Source: a virus (Duplodnaviria > Caudoviricetes). Taken from it: a DNA stretch of 47,636 nucleotides. Positions 8,300 through 17,499 of the stretch are shown in pieces. The translations under genes were made by a program, and so were the position numbers. The notes beneath the pieces are model-generated. The model did not search any database. It had not been told where the DNA came from and saw nothing but the letters and a program-made list of their open reading frames with translations. The stretch covers positions 1 through 47,636 of IMG/VR virus record IMGVR_UViG_3300035140_000027; one strand, 5' to 3'. Every line of letters starts with the position of its first letter. Position 1 is the first letter of the stretch.

Positions 8300-9051
8300 C
8301 AGGTGTCCATCCCGTATTTAACTGGAGCCAGTTTTGGCTTTGACTGCTCGGCCTGTTTCCGGATCGTGTTCTTCAGGCAATTCATCAGCCACTGGTGCAG
8401 CTTGTTTCGGCCTTGAACGTACACTGGATCATTAGGCGATCTACTGGTCGCCACTTCTTGTATCCATTCCAGCGGTTCTTCTTCGAGCTGGAGGAGGTAG
8501 TTCTTTGCCTGCTCCACCCATGCGATTGCGTCTTTGGCTGTACAGTCAGGCCATGCAGTTAGGATGAACTTCGCTAATTGTCTGTCTTGTTCTACTGGAA
8601 GAAACTCCAATGCTTCATCGATTGGATGTAGATCGACTTTCGATGTCTCCTCAACTTGATCCTTCGATGTCTTATTTTTTTTATATATATATTCTGTCTC
8701 TCTCTCTATCTCTGTCTCTGTCTCTGTCTCTGGATCAGCACATTGCTCCACTTTTGCTAGCAAGCTGCTATCATCATAAGCAATCCAATGTTTTAGTTTG
8801 CTTATATGTCCTGCTAGCACTGTGCTATCAATTCGCAAGCGCCATGCTATCTCATCGAGTGACGGTAAATTTCCGCCCTTCGCCTTATCCTCTGCTGCAA
8901 GCATCCAAAGAAAAACGAGTGTCTTCACGACGTCACCCTCAAGATCGTTGAATTCTTTGTCATCCAGAAGCTTGCGATGAAGTTTTATCCATGGCGGACA
9001 TCTGTCCTTGTAATGCTGAAATTCGTGCCAGTTTTTAATTCTTAAGGCCAT
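8299..9051 (-). CDS. Phage replication initiator protein
   Basis: NWHEFQHYKDRCPPWIKLHRKLL N-terminal domain, ETETE linker, coupled to dnaB, internal iterons. Confidence 0.8.
   Translation of the reverse strand: MALRIKNWHEFQHYKDRCPPWIKLHRKLLDDKEFNDLEGDVVKTLVFLWMLAAEDKAKGGNLPSLDEIAWRLRIDSTVLAGHISKLKHWIAYDDSSLLAKVEQCADPETETETEIERETEYIYKKNKTSKDQVEETSKVDLHPIDEALEFLPVEQDRQLAKFILTAWPDCTAKDAIAWVEQAKNYLLQLEEEPLEWIQEVATSRSPNDPVYVQGRNKLHQWLMNCLKNTIRKQAEQSKPKLAPVKYGMDT
8671..8852. promoter_or_regulatory. Putative replication origin: four AGC(A/G)-N3-TGCT iterons plus AT-rich tract
   Basis: Cores at 8737, 8759, 8816, 8838 (spacing 22/57/22); AT run 8671-8694. Confidence 0.65.
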
Positions 9052-9260
9052 GGCGTACCTACGAGAATGTACTCATAGCGATCATCCCAAACGTCTACGG
9101 TACCCTTGTATCCGCTGATGTCGTTCAATTCCTGGACGACGATGCCGAGCAGAGGCTCACCGCGCACGCCGTCTTCGCGTTTGTCGCAGCCGTAGACGAG
9201 CCATGCGACCTTGCGGCCGCTGTTCGCGCCATGTACCGACAGCTTGAAATATCCACCCAT
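9042..9260 (-). CDS. Small ORF carrying a circularly permuted 58-codon portal fragment
   Basis: 9065-9238 equals portal 43618-43663 joined to 43482-43617 with 2 mismatches; in frame; purine-rich SD gaggggag; overlaps the rep start. Confidence 0.55.
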   Translation of the reverse strand: MGGYFKLSVHGANSGRKVAWLVYGCDKREDGVRGEPLLGIVVQELNDISGYKGTVDVWDDRYEYILVGTPWP

Positions 9261-9278
9261 AATCGAGCTCCCCTCTGC

Positions 9279-9497
9279 TTAAGCCATCGAGGTATCACTC
9301 GTCTGTTCGGTTTCAATTGGAAACGCGCTAGAGTCTATTAATTCATCAATATCCGACTCTTGATATCGAACCGTGCATCGAATACCATCTCCAAACTTTA
9401 ATGCTCTCAGTTTCCCGCCTCTGGTCCATCGGCGAATTGTTTCAACATGAACGGATAATCTATCGGCCACTTCTTGTGCGGTGAGCAGTTTTGACAT
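9279..9497 (-). CDS. Excisionase-like / HTH_17 DNA-binding protein
   Basis: LLTAQEVADRLSVHVETIRRWTRGGKLRA; SD aggaggt. Confidence 0.85.
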   Translation of the reverse strand: MSKLLTAQEVADRLSVHVETIRRWTRGGKLRALKFGDGIRCTVRYQESDIDELIDSSAFPIETEQTSDTSMA

Positions 9498-9676
9498 ATC
9501 GGCATACCTCCTGCGCAATAGCGCAAATTAACTGCTAAAAATGTATGGCCAGTGAGCTGGAAAATATCCTTTTGATTTATGGGGCGAATTCAAAAGCAAA
9601 AAAATTGGTGGCAGTATTGTTCCAAATATGTAAAACAAATGGCGGCAAAAAAATGCTTTGGCCACCCATAAAATAT

Positions 9677-9705
9677 TTGACAGCAAAATTGGCAGCAATT
9701 AGGCT
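9677..9705 (+). promoter_or_regulatory. Sigma70 promoter for the rightward early operon
   Basis: TTGACA-17 bp-TAGGCT. Confidence 0.7.
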
Positions 9706-9768
9706 CTGATTATGGCCAGTGAGGTGCGGCGACGGCGAGGTGATCGAGATGCGCAAAAAGGAGGAGGT

Positions 9769-10008
9769 ATGAACACCGAAAGGACAATCAAGGCTGAACG
9801 AGAAGCTGTTGCAAAGCATCTTGACAAAATAGCAGCCGAACACCGAGAGAAGGCCGTCGAGATCCGAAGGCGCCTATGGAGAAAGAACGACTCAATCGAT
9901 ATTAAGTTTGACAACTGGCTTGTCTATATGCATGAAACGCAGGCAATCGAGATTGATCACGCGGCATTCCATATTTTGCTCGGTCGACACGTGGAGGGCA
10001 GTGAATGA
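9769..10008 (+). CDS. Hypothetical protein (alternative leaderless start at 9712)
   Basis: SD ggaggaggt before MNTERT. Confidence 0.65.
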   Translation: MNTERTIKAEREAVAKHLDKIAAEHREKAVEIRRRLWRKNDSIDIKFDNWLVYMHETQAIEIDHAAFHILLGRHVEGSE

Positions 10009-10763
10009 ACACCGCCCCCGCCATGCGCCCCGACGACAAGCTGCTCGACGACTTCGCCCTGGCCGCGATGGACTTCGAAAACGTCGATGGAGGCCCGGCA
10101 GCCAAGGCGCTGCGCAAAGCTTTCAATGCGATGCGGGAAGCCGTCGAGATGGCCCGCAAGGAGGAGCAGGCGGCAGCGTGGTGGACGAAACGGATCGCCG
10201 ACTGGGCAGAGTGGTCTCGGATGTCGGATGGCCGCACAAAAGAGCGTGCGGCCGCTCTGCTCGTCGGTGACTTCGACGATATTCAAACCGCTATTGATTT
10301 CCTCACGTGCCCCCCGTTGGACAGTCTTTCTCTCCTTTCTCTGTCCGATGGGGGGCGCATCCCCACTAACGCCTACGAAGCGTTTGCCGCGTCACTCCGT
10401 GGTGGACGCGCCGGAGAGATGGAGATCGCTGAGAGTAGCGGACCTGTGGAGCGGTACACGTACCGCCTGCGGATGCTGCGCAACGAAGGTGAATCTCGGT
10501 CCGCTGTCTACCGATGGCGGCGACTGGGACAGCGCTGCGGCTTCCGTCTACTGAAAAAACATCAATCCGTCGAGATGGCGCCGTCTCGACTTCCAATCAT
10601 AACGGCCGCGCGAAGAAACGCGGCTACAATGTCGGGGGTGAATCATGACGCAATGGCTCGTCACAGCATGGTTAGGCGGCGAGATGGTCCGCGAGCTTTG
10701 GCCGGATATACAGAAGTTCGGCCGACTAAAGACGACGGCGGAAATTCGCGCGCTACAGCTTGA
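10005..10763 (+). CDS. Hypothetical protein (possibly a fused or extended ORF)
   Basis: ATGA-coupled start; runs through a hairpin at ~10310-10355 and overlaps the next gene by 119 bp. Confidence 0.45.
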   Translation: MNTAPAMRPDDKLLDDFALAAMDFENVDGGPAAKALRKAFNAMREAVEMARKEEQAAAWWTKRIADWAEWSRMSDGRTKERAAALLVGDFDDIQTAIDFLTCPPLDSLSLLSLSDGGRIPTNAYEAFAASLRGGRAGEMEIAESSGPVERYTYRLRMLRNEGESRSAVYRWRRLGQRCGFRLLKKHQSVEMAPSRLPIITAARRNAATMSGVNHDAMARHSMVRRRDGPRALAGYTEVRPTKDDGGNSRATA

Positions 10764-10875
10764 GCGAGATTTGAAAGATTTCGGAGATTACCAATTTACC
10801 GTTCGTCCAGTGACGAATGAGGAAGTGAGAGAGGTGCAGAATGAAACGATCAAAGAAGGGCTTCTACGTTGTTAA
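10645..10875 (+). CDS. Hypothetical protein
   Basis: SD gggggtg. Confidence 0.55.
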   Translation: MTQWLVTAWLGGEMVRELWPDIQKFGRLKTTAEIRALQLERDLKDFGDYQFTVRPVTNEEVREVQNETIKEGLLRC

Positions 10876-11239
10876 GCCGCACAAGGCAATTTGGTGCAGT
10901 GACAAAAGCCGCGCCATGCAGACGCAACGGGAAGAAGGGGGAACGATTTTTACACATGAAGAATGGGAGGTGCAGCTTGGTCGAGCTCAAACGAGAATGC
11001 AGTAATTTATCACTGATGAGGCTCATTGCGGAAACAGCCGCTGGGGCTGTCGACGAAATCGGTTCACTCAACGATAGCCGCTTGCGCGCCGCAGAAATGC
11101 TGCACGAGGCCTCGGGGTTAGTTAACGAGGCGATTCGGCATTTGTCGTTGAAGAACATCAAGGATCCAAGTGTAGGCAACTTGTACAATGCAAGTCTTGT
11201 CATCGGCGAGGCCATCCGCGTTTTGACGGAGGTGCAAGT

Positions 11240-11467
11240 ATGAGCTGTTCATACACTGCAGATCAACTCCGCGAAATGGCCTATGAAAAAAATCGTCGTC
11301 GTCGATTAAAAAAACGAAATGAACGAACGAAGGCTGCGGCCATCGCAAAGATCGGCTCCACTGCGATGCCGCGGTATCGAAAGAAGAAATCGCTGACAAA
11401 CCAACGGAAAGCCGATGACCGCGTGAAGCGATTCATTGCTCGGCAGAAAGAGAAGGTGGCGTCATGA
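11240..11467 (+). CDS. Basic hypothetical protein
   Basis: SD ggaggtg, ATGA-coupled at both ends. Confidence 0.55.
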   Translation: MSCSYTADQLREMAYEKNRRRRLKKRNERTKAAAIAKIGSTAMPRYRKKKSLTNQRKADDRVKRFIARQKEKVAS

Positions 11468-12903
11468 AGGTCATCCACGCACGCATAGAGAACGTCCTCG
11501 GTTTGTCACTGCTTGAGGTGGAGCCCGGTCAGGTGACGATCTTCGAGGGCAAGAACGGCTACGGTAAAACCTCATCGGTGGATGCGATTCAGTCCGTGTT
11601 CTCCAAACAGGGGCTTAAGTTGATTAAAAATATCCATGCCGATGATGACGCACACTCACGGATCGTTCTGACCTTCCAGGACGACGAAGGGCGTCAGGTC
11701 ATTGCCGAGCGAAACGAGAAGGGAGTGAAGGTTCAACGTCAAATCCTGGATCCGAATCTTGGTCTAACCGCGGGATTCGAAAAGATCAAGCGCCCGGCTG
11801 AATACCTTGCGGAGTTGCTACCAGACGGATCGATAGTCAATCCGGTGAAGATACTCACCACGAATGACAAGGACCGCATCGACATGCTCTTGAATGCGCT
11901 CCCCATTGTGTTCGACGAGGACGACTTTTGGAACACTATCGGGCTTCGCAAAGAGGACTTCCGCAACGCGCCGACTCACAAGCACCCATTGTTTCAGATC
12001 AGTCATTACTACAAAGAGATCTTTGATCGTAGAACAGACATCAACCGTGATGAGAAATCGAAGCGGTCGGCGTGTTACGAGATGCGCAAGAAAGTGCCGA
12101 TGGTCATCCCGACCGTGGATGGGTTCGAAGAGAAACAGAACGAGCTTGCGGATCTGAAAGCGCGCCATGCTGAGGGGCGAGAGCAGATCAATGGCGCTGC
12201 GAGAGCCGACGAGAACTCTATCACCGCACAGTGTGAAAGTGAGTGCCGTTTGCTGGACTCTGAATTGTCGACTTTCCATGAGCAGGTAATGCGGGAGGCC
12301 GAGCAGCGAGTTGCAGCGCGCAAAGCAGAGATCGATAAGCAGCAAGCGCAGGAGCGCCATGATGCACAAGAGCGCATTGGTGCTGTACATGCGGCCCGCG
12401 ACATGTCGCTTGAGAACATCGATCGTCTACTTCCAAAGATTGAAGCAGTGTCCACACAGCTCGGTCAACTCAAAGAACAACTCCAGAATGCCGAACGGAT
12501 ACAGCATTCCCACGAAATAGCGGAAACATATGAACGTGAAGCCGATTCTCTAAAATCGGATTCCGACCGATACACACAGGCCCTTGGTGAAGTAGACAAG
12601 TACAAGGCGAATCTCACGAAAAACCTTCCGATCAGTGGCGTCGACATCACAGACGGCAAACTCACCATCGACGGCGTTCCGTGGAAGACGGTGAACATGG
12701 GACGGCGGATAGAGATCGCGGTTGCGATTATCTGCCTACGTTTCGGCAACGCGAAATTCAAGCCGGTGTTTGTGGACGGGATTGAATCGCTCGATTCCGA
12801 AGCGCTCGGCCTGCTAAACCAAGAACTTATCAAAGTCGGAGCACAAGCGTTTATGGCCCGCGTCACGGATGCGGAAGGAATCGTAATCAGGAAGGTGGGG
12901 TAA
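11464..12903 (+). CDS. SMC/Rad50-like coiled-coil ABC ATPase
   Basis: Walker A GKNGYGKTS, long coiled coil, Walker B/D-loop VFVDGIESLD. Confidence 0.85.
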   Translation: MKVIHARIENVLGLSLLEVEPGQVTIFEGKNGYGKTSSVDAIQSVFSKQGLKLIKNIHADDDAHSRIVLTFQDDEGRQVIAERNEKGVKVQRQILDPNLGLTAGFEKIKRPAEYLAELLPDGSIVNPVKILTTNDKDRIDMLLNALPIVFDEDDFWNTIGLRKEDFRNAPTHKHPLFQISHYYKEIFDRRTDINRDEKSKRSACYEMRKKVPMVIPTVDGFEEKQNELADLKARHAEGREQINGAARADENSITAQCESECRLLDSELSTFHEQVMREAEQRVAARKAEIDKQQAQERHDAQERIGAVHAARDMSLENIDRLLPKIEAVSTQLGQLKEQLQNAERIQHSHEIAETYEREADSLKSDSDRYTQALGEVDKYKANLTKNLPISGVDITDGKLTIDGVPWKTVNMGRRIEIAVAIICLRFGNAKFKPVFVDGIESLDSEALGLLNQELIKVGAQAFMARVTDAEGIVIRKVG

Positions 12904-13127
12904 TGAAAAGACTCAAGAGACTCTACAAAAATCATACCAGTATCTTGGTCCGTGACGGATTAAAACATATTGGTAACGGTGAGGTGGTGCCGCGGTATCG
13001 TTGGAAAAAGCTCAGCGACCAGCCGTCACTGAAACAGTTCATTAGAGATTTGTCGAACAAAGAATTATCTGACAACGGTATCGGTTATCTGAGCCCAAAG
13101 GCCGCGAGATTGAGAGGGTGGTTATGA
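12903..13127 (+). CDS. Hypothetical protein
   Basis: TAATG-coupled ORF. Confidence 0.55.
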   Translation: MKRLKRLYKNHTSILVRDGLKHIGNGEVVPRYRWKKLSDQPSLKQFIRDLSNKELSDNGIGYLSPKAARLRGWL

Positions 13128-14053
13128 ACGATCATTCAACAGACGTAACAGCCCTGGCCATGGCAAACGAAAACGGCATTGTCCAGCAACCTGAGACGAT
13201 TTCGAGCGTCCTTGCGGCTCGCGAGGAAGCGGAGGTAAAAGCCCGCTACTTCGTTGCCATGCAGAGACCTCGCAACATCAACCGTGTACGGCAAGTACTC
13301 AAGACTGAGTGCGATCGCCCTGGATTTGCGAACATTGCATTCTATCGTCTGCCATCCCGTGGGAAGAACACCAAGCCGATACAGGGGCTATCGGTGCGGT
13401 TTGCAGAGGCGGCGTTTAGGGCCATGGGGAATCTCGATATGAGAGCGGTCGTCACATACGAAGATGACGATATGCGCATCATCAAAACTACCGTGGTAGA
13501 CATAGAAAGTAACGCTGCCATCACATCCGACATACCGATAAAGAAAACGGTGGAGCGCCGATATTTGAAAAACGGCGAAGTCGCGATCTCGCATCGAGTC
13601 AATTCTGATGGTGATGTTGTATACCTTCGGCGAGCAACCGAAGACGAGATTACACCTAAACAGAATTCAGCCATATCAAAAGCATTCCGAAACGGCATTC
13701 TGCGTTTGCTCCCTGGTGACATCCAAGACGAGTGTGAACAGCGTATCCTGCAGATCAGGCAAGGAGACGTTCCGAAAGATCCGAAGGAACAGATTCATAG
13801 AATCGTAGATTCCTTCGGTGGCATCGGCGTCGATGCGGACGCCCTGGTAGAATATCTTGACCACAAGATAGAAACCTGCTCACCATCTGAGATGCAGGAA
13901 CTGCGCGACATCTTCAGTGCAATCCGCGCCGGCGAAACCACATGGCACGCGATTACAGCCGAGGATGCTCCCGATGAGAAACCAAAAACAAAAGTCGAAA
14001 AACTCAAGGATGAGCTAGAGAAAGAGAAAGCGACGAAGGAGGCGAAGAAGTGA
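13124..14053 (+). CDS. Putative phage recombination / single-strand annealing protein
   Basis: EVKARYFVAMQRPR...GLSVRFAEAAFRAMGN pattern seen in phage recombination modules; near SMC-like ATPase and YqaJ; function inferred. Confidence 0.55.
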   Translation: MNDHSTDVTALAMANENGIVQQPETISSVLAAREEAEVKARYFVAMQRPRNINRVRQVLKTECDRPGFANIAFYRLPSRGKNTKPIQGLSVRFAEAAFRAMGNLDMRAVVTYEDDDMRIIKTTVVDIESNAAITSDIPIKKTVERRYLKNGEVAISHRVNSDGDVVYLRRATEDEITPKQNSAISKAFRNGILRLLPGDIQDECEQRILQIRQGDVPKDPKEQIHRIVDSFGGIGVDADALVEYLDHKIETCSPSEMQELRDIFSAIRAGETTWHAITAEDAPDEKPKTKVEKLKDELEKEKATKEAKK

Positions 14054-14427
14054 GCAACGATTGGAATAACTGGGCAGAGTTTGACCTCAACCTACTGGGA
14101 CGAGGCGACGTTGTGAAGTCGCTGAACCATGCATGCACCATGGCTGGTCAGGACATCCAGGATAGAAACAAACCGTACAACAAAAAGCGAACTGTTGTAC
14201 TAAAACTTGTTTTCGAAACCGACGAGGACCGCCACGAAGTCGATATCTCCGCTACAGTAGAGCAGAAATTCCCGGCAGACAATCCGCAAATCGATCGTGT
14301 GCAGCTCGAACCGAGCACCGGTCGCCCGTTTCACAACCTTATGGGACAGCAGGAACTGCCTATGGTCGACACAGAAACCGGTGAGGTTGTGTCCAGCCTC
14401 ATCAGAAAAGAAAGTCATCATGATTAG
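14050..14427 (+). CDS. Conserved phage protein (often labelled replication-terminator-like)
   Basis: DIQDRNKPYNKKRTVVLKLVFETDEDR; usually paired with the next gene. Confidence 0.6.
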   Translation: MSNDWNNWAEFDLNLLGRGDVVKSLNHACTMAGQDIQDRNKPYNKKRTVVLKLVFETDEDRHEVDISATVEQKFPADNPQIDRVQLEPSTGRPFHNLMGQQELPMVDTETGEVVSSLIRKESHHD

Positions 14428-15115
14428 AGAAGCTATAGATAGAATTCTTCAACTGCAGAAACCGCCAACATTCAAAGACGCAGAGGGTATTGAACGTTAC
14501 ACGGATAGCGGCAAAGCACTCGGTTTTCCATTGGAACCTGGATTCAACGGCACGTCTCTGGAAGCTGCGGTGCAAAGCTGCAATCCGTCATTTGATGGCT
14601 CTACCTTTATAGAGTGCGCCTATGATGGAGTGATCGTGAGACAGGTGCGCTGCTACAACAGTCATGCATGCTCGCAAGAACTGTTTGTCTGCCGTCCGAT
14701 TTTGCCGAATGATTTTTCTTTCGGTAGCTACATGGATCCGGAGATGTTCATCATCCGCTCTGCAGATTTCTTCGAGCGAAACGACAACTACAAGGCGATG
14801 ATTGCGCTCGTCTCCAGTGTCACAGAAGTCAGCGAGTCCGCCGTCGACGACGATGGCATGTCTCAGACGGTTACTTTCAAAAACCGAGTCGGACGCAAAA
14901 ACGCGGGCATCGTCGAGCCGTTCGTCAAGCTCCGGGCCTACCGGACGTTCCGGGAAGTTGAGCAACCGGAAGTCACATATCTACTCAGGTTCAAGAAGGG
15001 GCCGAGCGTGGCGCTTTTCGAGGCGAGTGGTTACGAGTGGAAGATTCAGGCCACCGACGCAATCTACCAGTACATCAAAGAGCGCGTCGGCGACGAAGTG
15101 ACGGTACTGCGGTGA
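14420..15115 (+). CDS. Conserved phage protein
   Basis: DDDGMSQTV, YRTFREVEQP, ALFEASG-WK motifs. Confidence 0.7.
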   Translation: MIREAIDRILQLQKPPTFKDAEGIERYTDSGKALGFPLEPGFNGTSLEAAVQSCNPSFDGSTFIECAYDGVIVRQVRCYNSHACSQELFVCRPILPNDFSFGSYMDPEMFIIRSADFFERNDNYKAMIALVSSVTEVSESAVDDDGMSQTVTFKNRVGRKNAGIVEPFVKLRAYRTFREVEQPEVTYLLRFKKGPSVALFEASGYEWKIQATDAIYQYIKERVGDEVTVLR

Positions 15116-15117
15116 CG

Positions 15118-15145
15118 AAATGTTTCGCACGATGAATCAGGAAGG
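15118..15145 (+). repeat. 28-bp direct repeat, copy 1 (copy 2 at 15545-15572)
   Basis: aaatgtttcgcacgatgaatcaggaagg, exact. Confidence 0.9.
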
Positions 15146-15154
15146 GTTGAGAAA

Positions 15155-15382
15155 ATGGAACCGAAATTAATGCTGAAGTACGTGCATGATAATACGATAC
15201 CTATGGCGTGCTTGAACTGCGGCGACCCAATACGTATTGAACCAGAAAATGGCCCGCAACGATGTGCGCGGTGTCAAATCCAATACGACAACGAGCGATA
15301 CAGGGTTCCACTGGAAGGCGTTTACTGTACCGCTATTATCTTTGTTCTATTCCTGGCCGTAGTGGCCGTGATCTGCCTGTGA
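15155..15382 (+). CDS. Zn-ribbon protein with C-terminal TM helix
   Basis: CLNC...CARC, hydrophobic C-terminus. Confidence 0.55.
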   Translation: MEPKLMLKYVHDNTIPMACLNCGDPIRIEPENGPQRCARCQIQYDNERYRVPLEGVYCTAIIFVLFLAVVAVICL

Positions 15383-15591
15383 TTGACAGGTGTCAGTATT
15401 TAGAGCGGGTCGCGATCTGTGTGGAGGCAGGGGTGCCAATCGCCAAAGCCGAAGAGATCGCGGCCCGCCTGTTTTTCGCATCGTGCAATCTGCCGACAAT
15501 AGAGGACCTGGCCGATGCAGAGCGGCTCGGTTGGTCGAAGATAAAAATGTTTCGCACGATGAATCAGGAAGGTTTAAAGGAATGGATGTGA
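15379..15591 (+). CDS. Hypothetical protein
   Basis: GTGA-coupled; ERVAIC motif. Confidence 0.5.
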   Translation: MIDRCQYLERVAICVEAGVPIAKAEEIAARLFFASCNLPTIEDLADAERLGWSKIKMFRTMNQEGLKEWM

Positions 15592-15875
15592 CTGAAAATA
15601 AAATCGAAAAAATGAAGGCTCAAATAGTGATTCTTGAGCATGAAATATTGCAACTGAAATCACGTCTCAATATGCCTACCTCACCAGGATGGTACTGGGC
15701 GTTGGCGCAAGGTGAACCGGAGCCTGTTGTTTTTCAGGTGATAGAATCCGACAGACATGGACTGAAGGAGCTTGTTTGCAGAAGAGACGGCCATGTCTGG
15801 GGGCCAGTTCAGAAAAGTGACAACATCGTTAAATGGCTCGGTCCGGTAGCTCCGTGTGAGTACGAGGCCAAGTGA
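15588..15875 (+). CDS. Hypothetical protein with PTxPGWYW motif
   Basis: GTGA-coupled; similar to 20336-20641. Confidence 0.55.
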   Translation: MTENKIEKMKAQIVILEHEILQLKSRLNMPTSPGWYWALAQGEPEPVVFQVIESDRHGLKELVCRRDGHVWGPVQKSDNIVKWLGPVAPCEYEAK

Positions 15876-16229
15876 GACAAGCCCTCATGTTTGGCGCAGC
15901 ATGGAAATTGTTTTAAACGGAAAGACTATTTTTCAAAACCAGTATAAATGCTGTTTGTGCAACACAGAAAGAGTTTTTCCGGGAGAAACTCGCAAAGAGT
16001 TTGAGGAGACGAAAAACCATGGAAGTTAATTTTAACGGAGCGCGCATCAATCTGGCGCGTGCATACAATGGAATGCTTGAGTCGTCCGATTCTGTGGACA
16101 GTGAAAGAATAATTGTCGCCCGTGACAGACCTTGTGAGCTCATGTCAATGGTTGGTGCGTTTCTCGCAATGTACGATTTAGAGTCTGGTTATGAGGACCT
16201 GTCTCATATTGATCTGAAGGATCCCTACG

Positions 16230-16640
16230 ATGCCCCGTGAAAAAAGAATCGAAAAGGTGAATCAGGTTATTGAGGCGATAGCCAGTTGTGGCCGGGAATT
16301 TTTCAAGCACCATGATTCAATTTCACGGTTTGAAATCGGAGAAAACAGCAGACTCTATTTTGTAGAAGGGTACAACGGTGTTTATCTTCCATGTTGGCGA
16401 AGAAAAGACACTTGGAGATGGAATTCTCACCGTTGGTACCGTTTCTGCGGTGGCGGAACACTCAAAGATCTCGTGAAAAGCTTCGCGATGTATATCGCCC
16501 ACGGCACTCCGGTTCCAAAACATCACTTCGGTCCTTGGCCGGATTGGTACTGCGGAGAGGGTGATCTCTGGGGCTATGGTGAAGAGAACATGGTGAAGGT
16601 CCGTGAGGCGGCGAAGGTGATAACAGATGAACGCCCGTAA
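16230..16640 (+). CDS. Conserved phage hypothetical protein
   Basis: IASCGREFF, FCGGGTLKDLV, WGYGEE motifs. Confidence 0.65.
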   Translation: MPREKRIEKVNQVIEAIASCGREFFKHHDSISRFEIGENSRLYFVEGYNGVYLPCWRRKDTWRWNSHRWYRFCGGGTLKDLVKSFAMYIAHGTPVPKHHFGPWPDWYCGEGDLWGYGEENMVKVREAAKVITDERP

Positions 16641-17499
16641 ACAGTGGCTGCGCCGCCGCAAAGAGCTGCTCACCGCGTCCGACGTAGCGGCCGTGCTTGG
16701 GGTTGCATCGGCGTTCAGAAACATCCTCGATGTTTACCTCGACAAGACGACGGATGAGTTCGACGATTCGGATAGCCGCATCATGAGGCACGGCAGGCAC
16801 AACGAGCCGTTCACCGCAGACGAGTACGAGCTAGAAGGACACAAGATACGCAACCCAGGTGAGCACGAAATCGCCATTCATCCCGACATCCCTTGGTTGG
16901 GGGCGACGCTGGACCGGGAAGAGTACATCGATTGGCTCACAGACGAGGGTATTGCGCCAGACTGGTACCCGTTGGAGATAAAGCAGGTCAATGACCCGGA
17001 CTACTTCTTTCGGGCGTCAGAATGGACGGAGGACCCGCCTGAACAGTATTGGACACAGGTCCAGGTCCAGGCGGCATGCAAGAAGAAACAACTTGGCATC
17101 CTGCTCGGTCAGTTTCCGCCGGTAACGTTGGCGAGTACCACAATATGGTACGAGGCCGACTTTTTCGAACGACTTGCATATCCGAAGCTGGATCAGTTTT
17201 GGAACTACAACGTTAAGAAGCGGATACCGCCAAAGGTGCCAGACCACAAAGGCGCCCTGAAGTCCGTAAAGCGTCTGCACAGACGGCAGAACGGGGAAAC
17301 CATCGCGTTGAACGACCAAGCGAAAAAACTCTGTGAAGAGTGGTGTAATTTGAAGTGGGATGCCAAAGAGAACGAACAAAAAATAAAAAAATGTGAGGCA
17401 AGACTGCGCAGTATGCTCGGGACTGCGACCTACGGGGCCTTTACCGATGGGAGCTATCTCGAAAGGGATGCGCGGGATATTTTGCGGAGGAAGAGATGA
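16627..17499 (+). CDS. YqaJ-like (lambda-exonuclease family) viral recombinase/nuclease
   Basis: WLRRRKELLTASDVAAVLG, GRHNEP, HPDIPWLGATLD, LEIK, YWTQVQ. Confidence 0.9.
   Translation: MNARKQWLRRRKELLTASDVAAVLGVASAFRNILDVYLDKTTDEFDDSDSRIMRHGRHNEPFTADEYELEGHKIRNPGEHEIAIHPDIPWLGATLDREEYIDWLTDEGIAPDWYPLEIKQVNDPDYFFRASEWTEDPPEQYWTQVQVQAACKKKQLGILLGQFPPVTLASTTIWYEADFFERLAYPKLDQFWNYNVKKRIPPKVPDHKGALKSVKRLHRRQNGETIALNDQAKKLCEEWCNLKWDAKENEQKIKKCEARLRSMLGTATYGAFTDGSYLERDARDILRRKR

Noticed and set aside
9065-9238. Portal copy as a DGR template repeat
   Set aside because: No reverse transcriptase in the genome; only 2 mismatches, not both at adenines on one strand; the copy is permuted and the target is mid-portal rather than a C-terminal variable region
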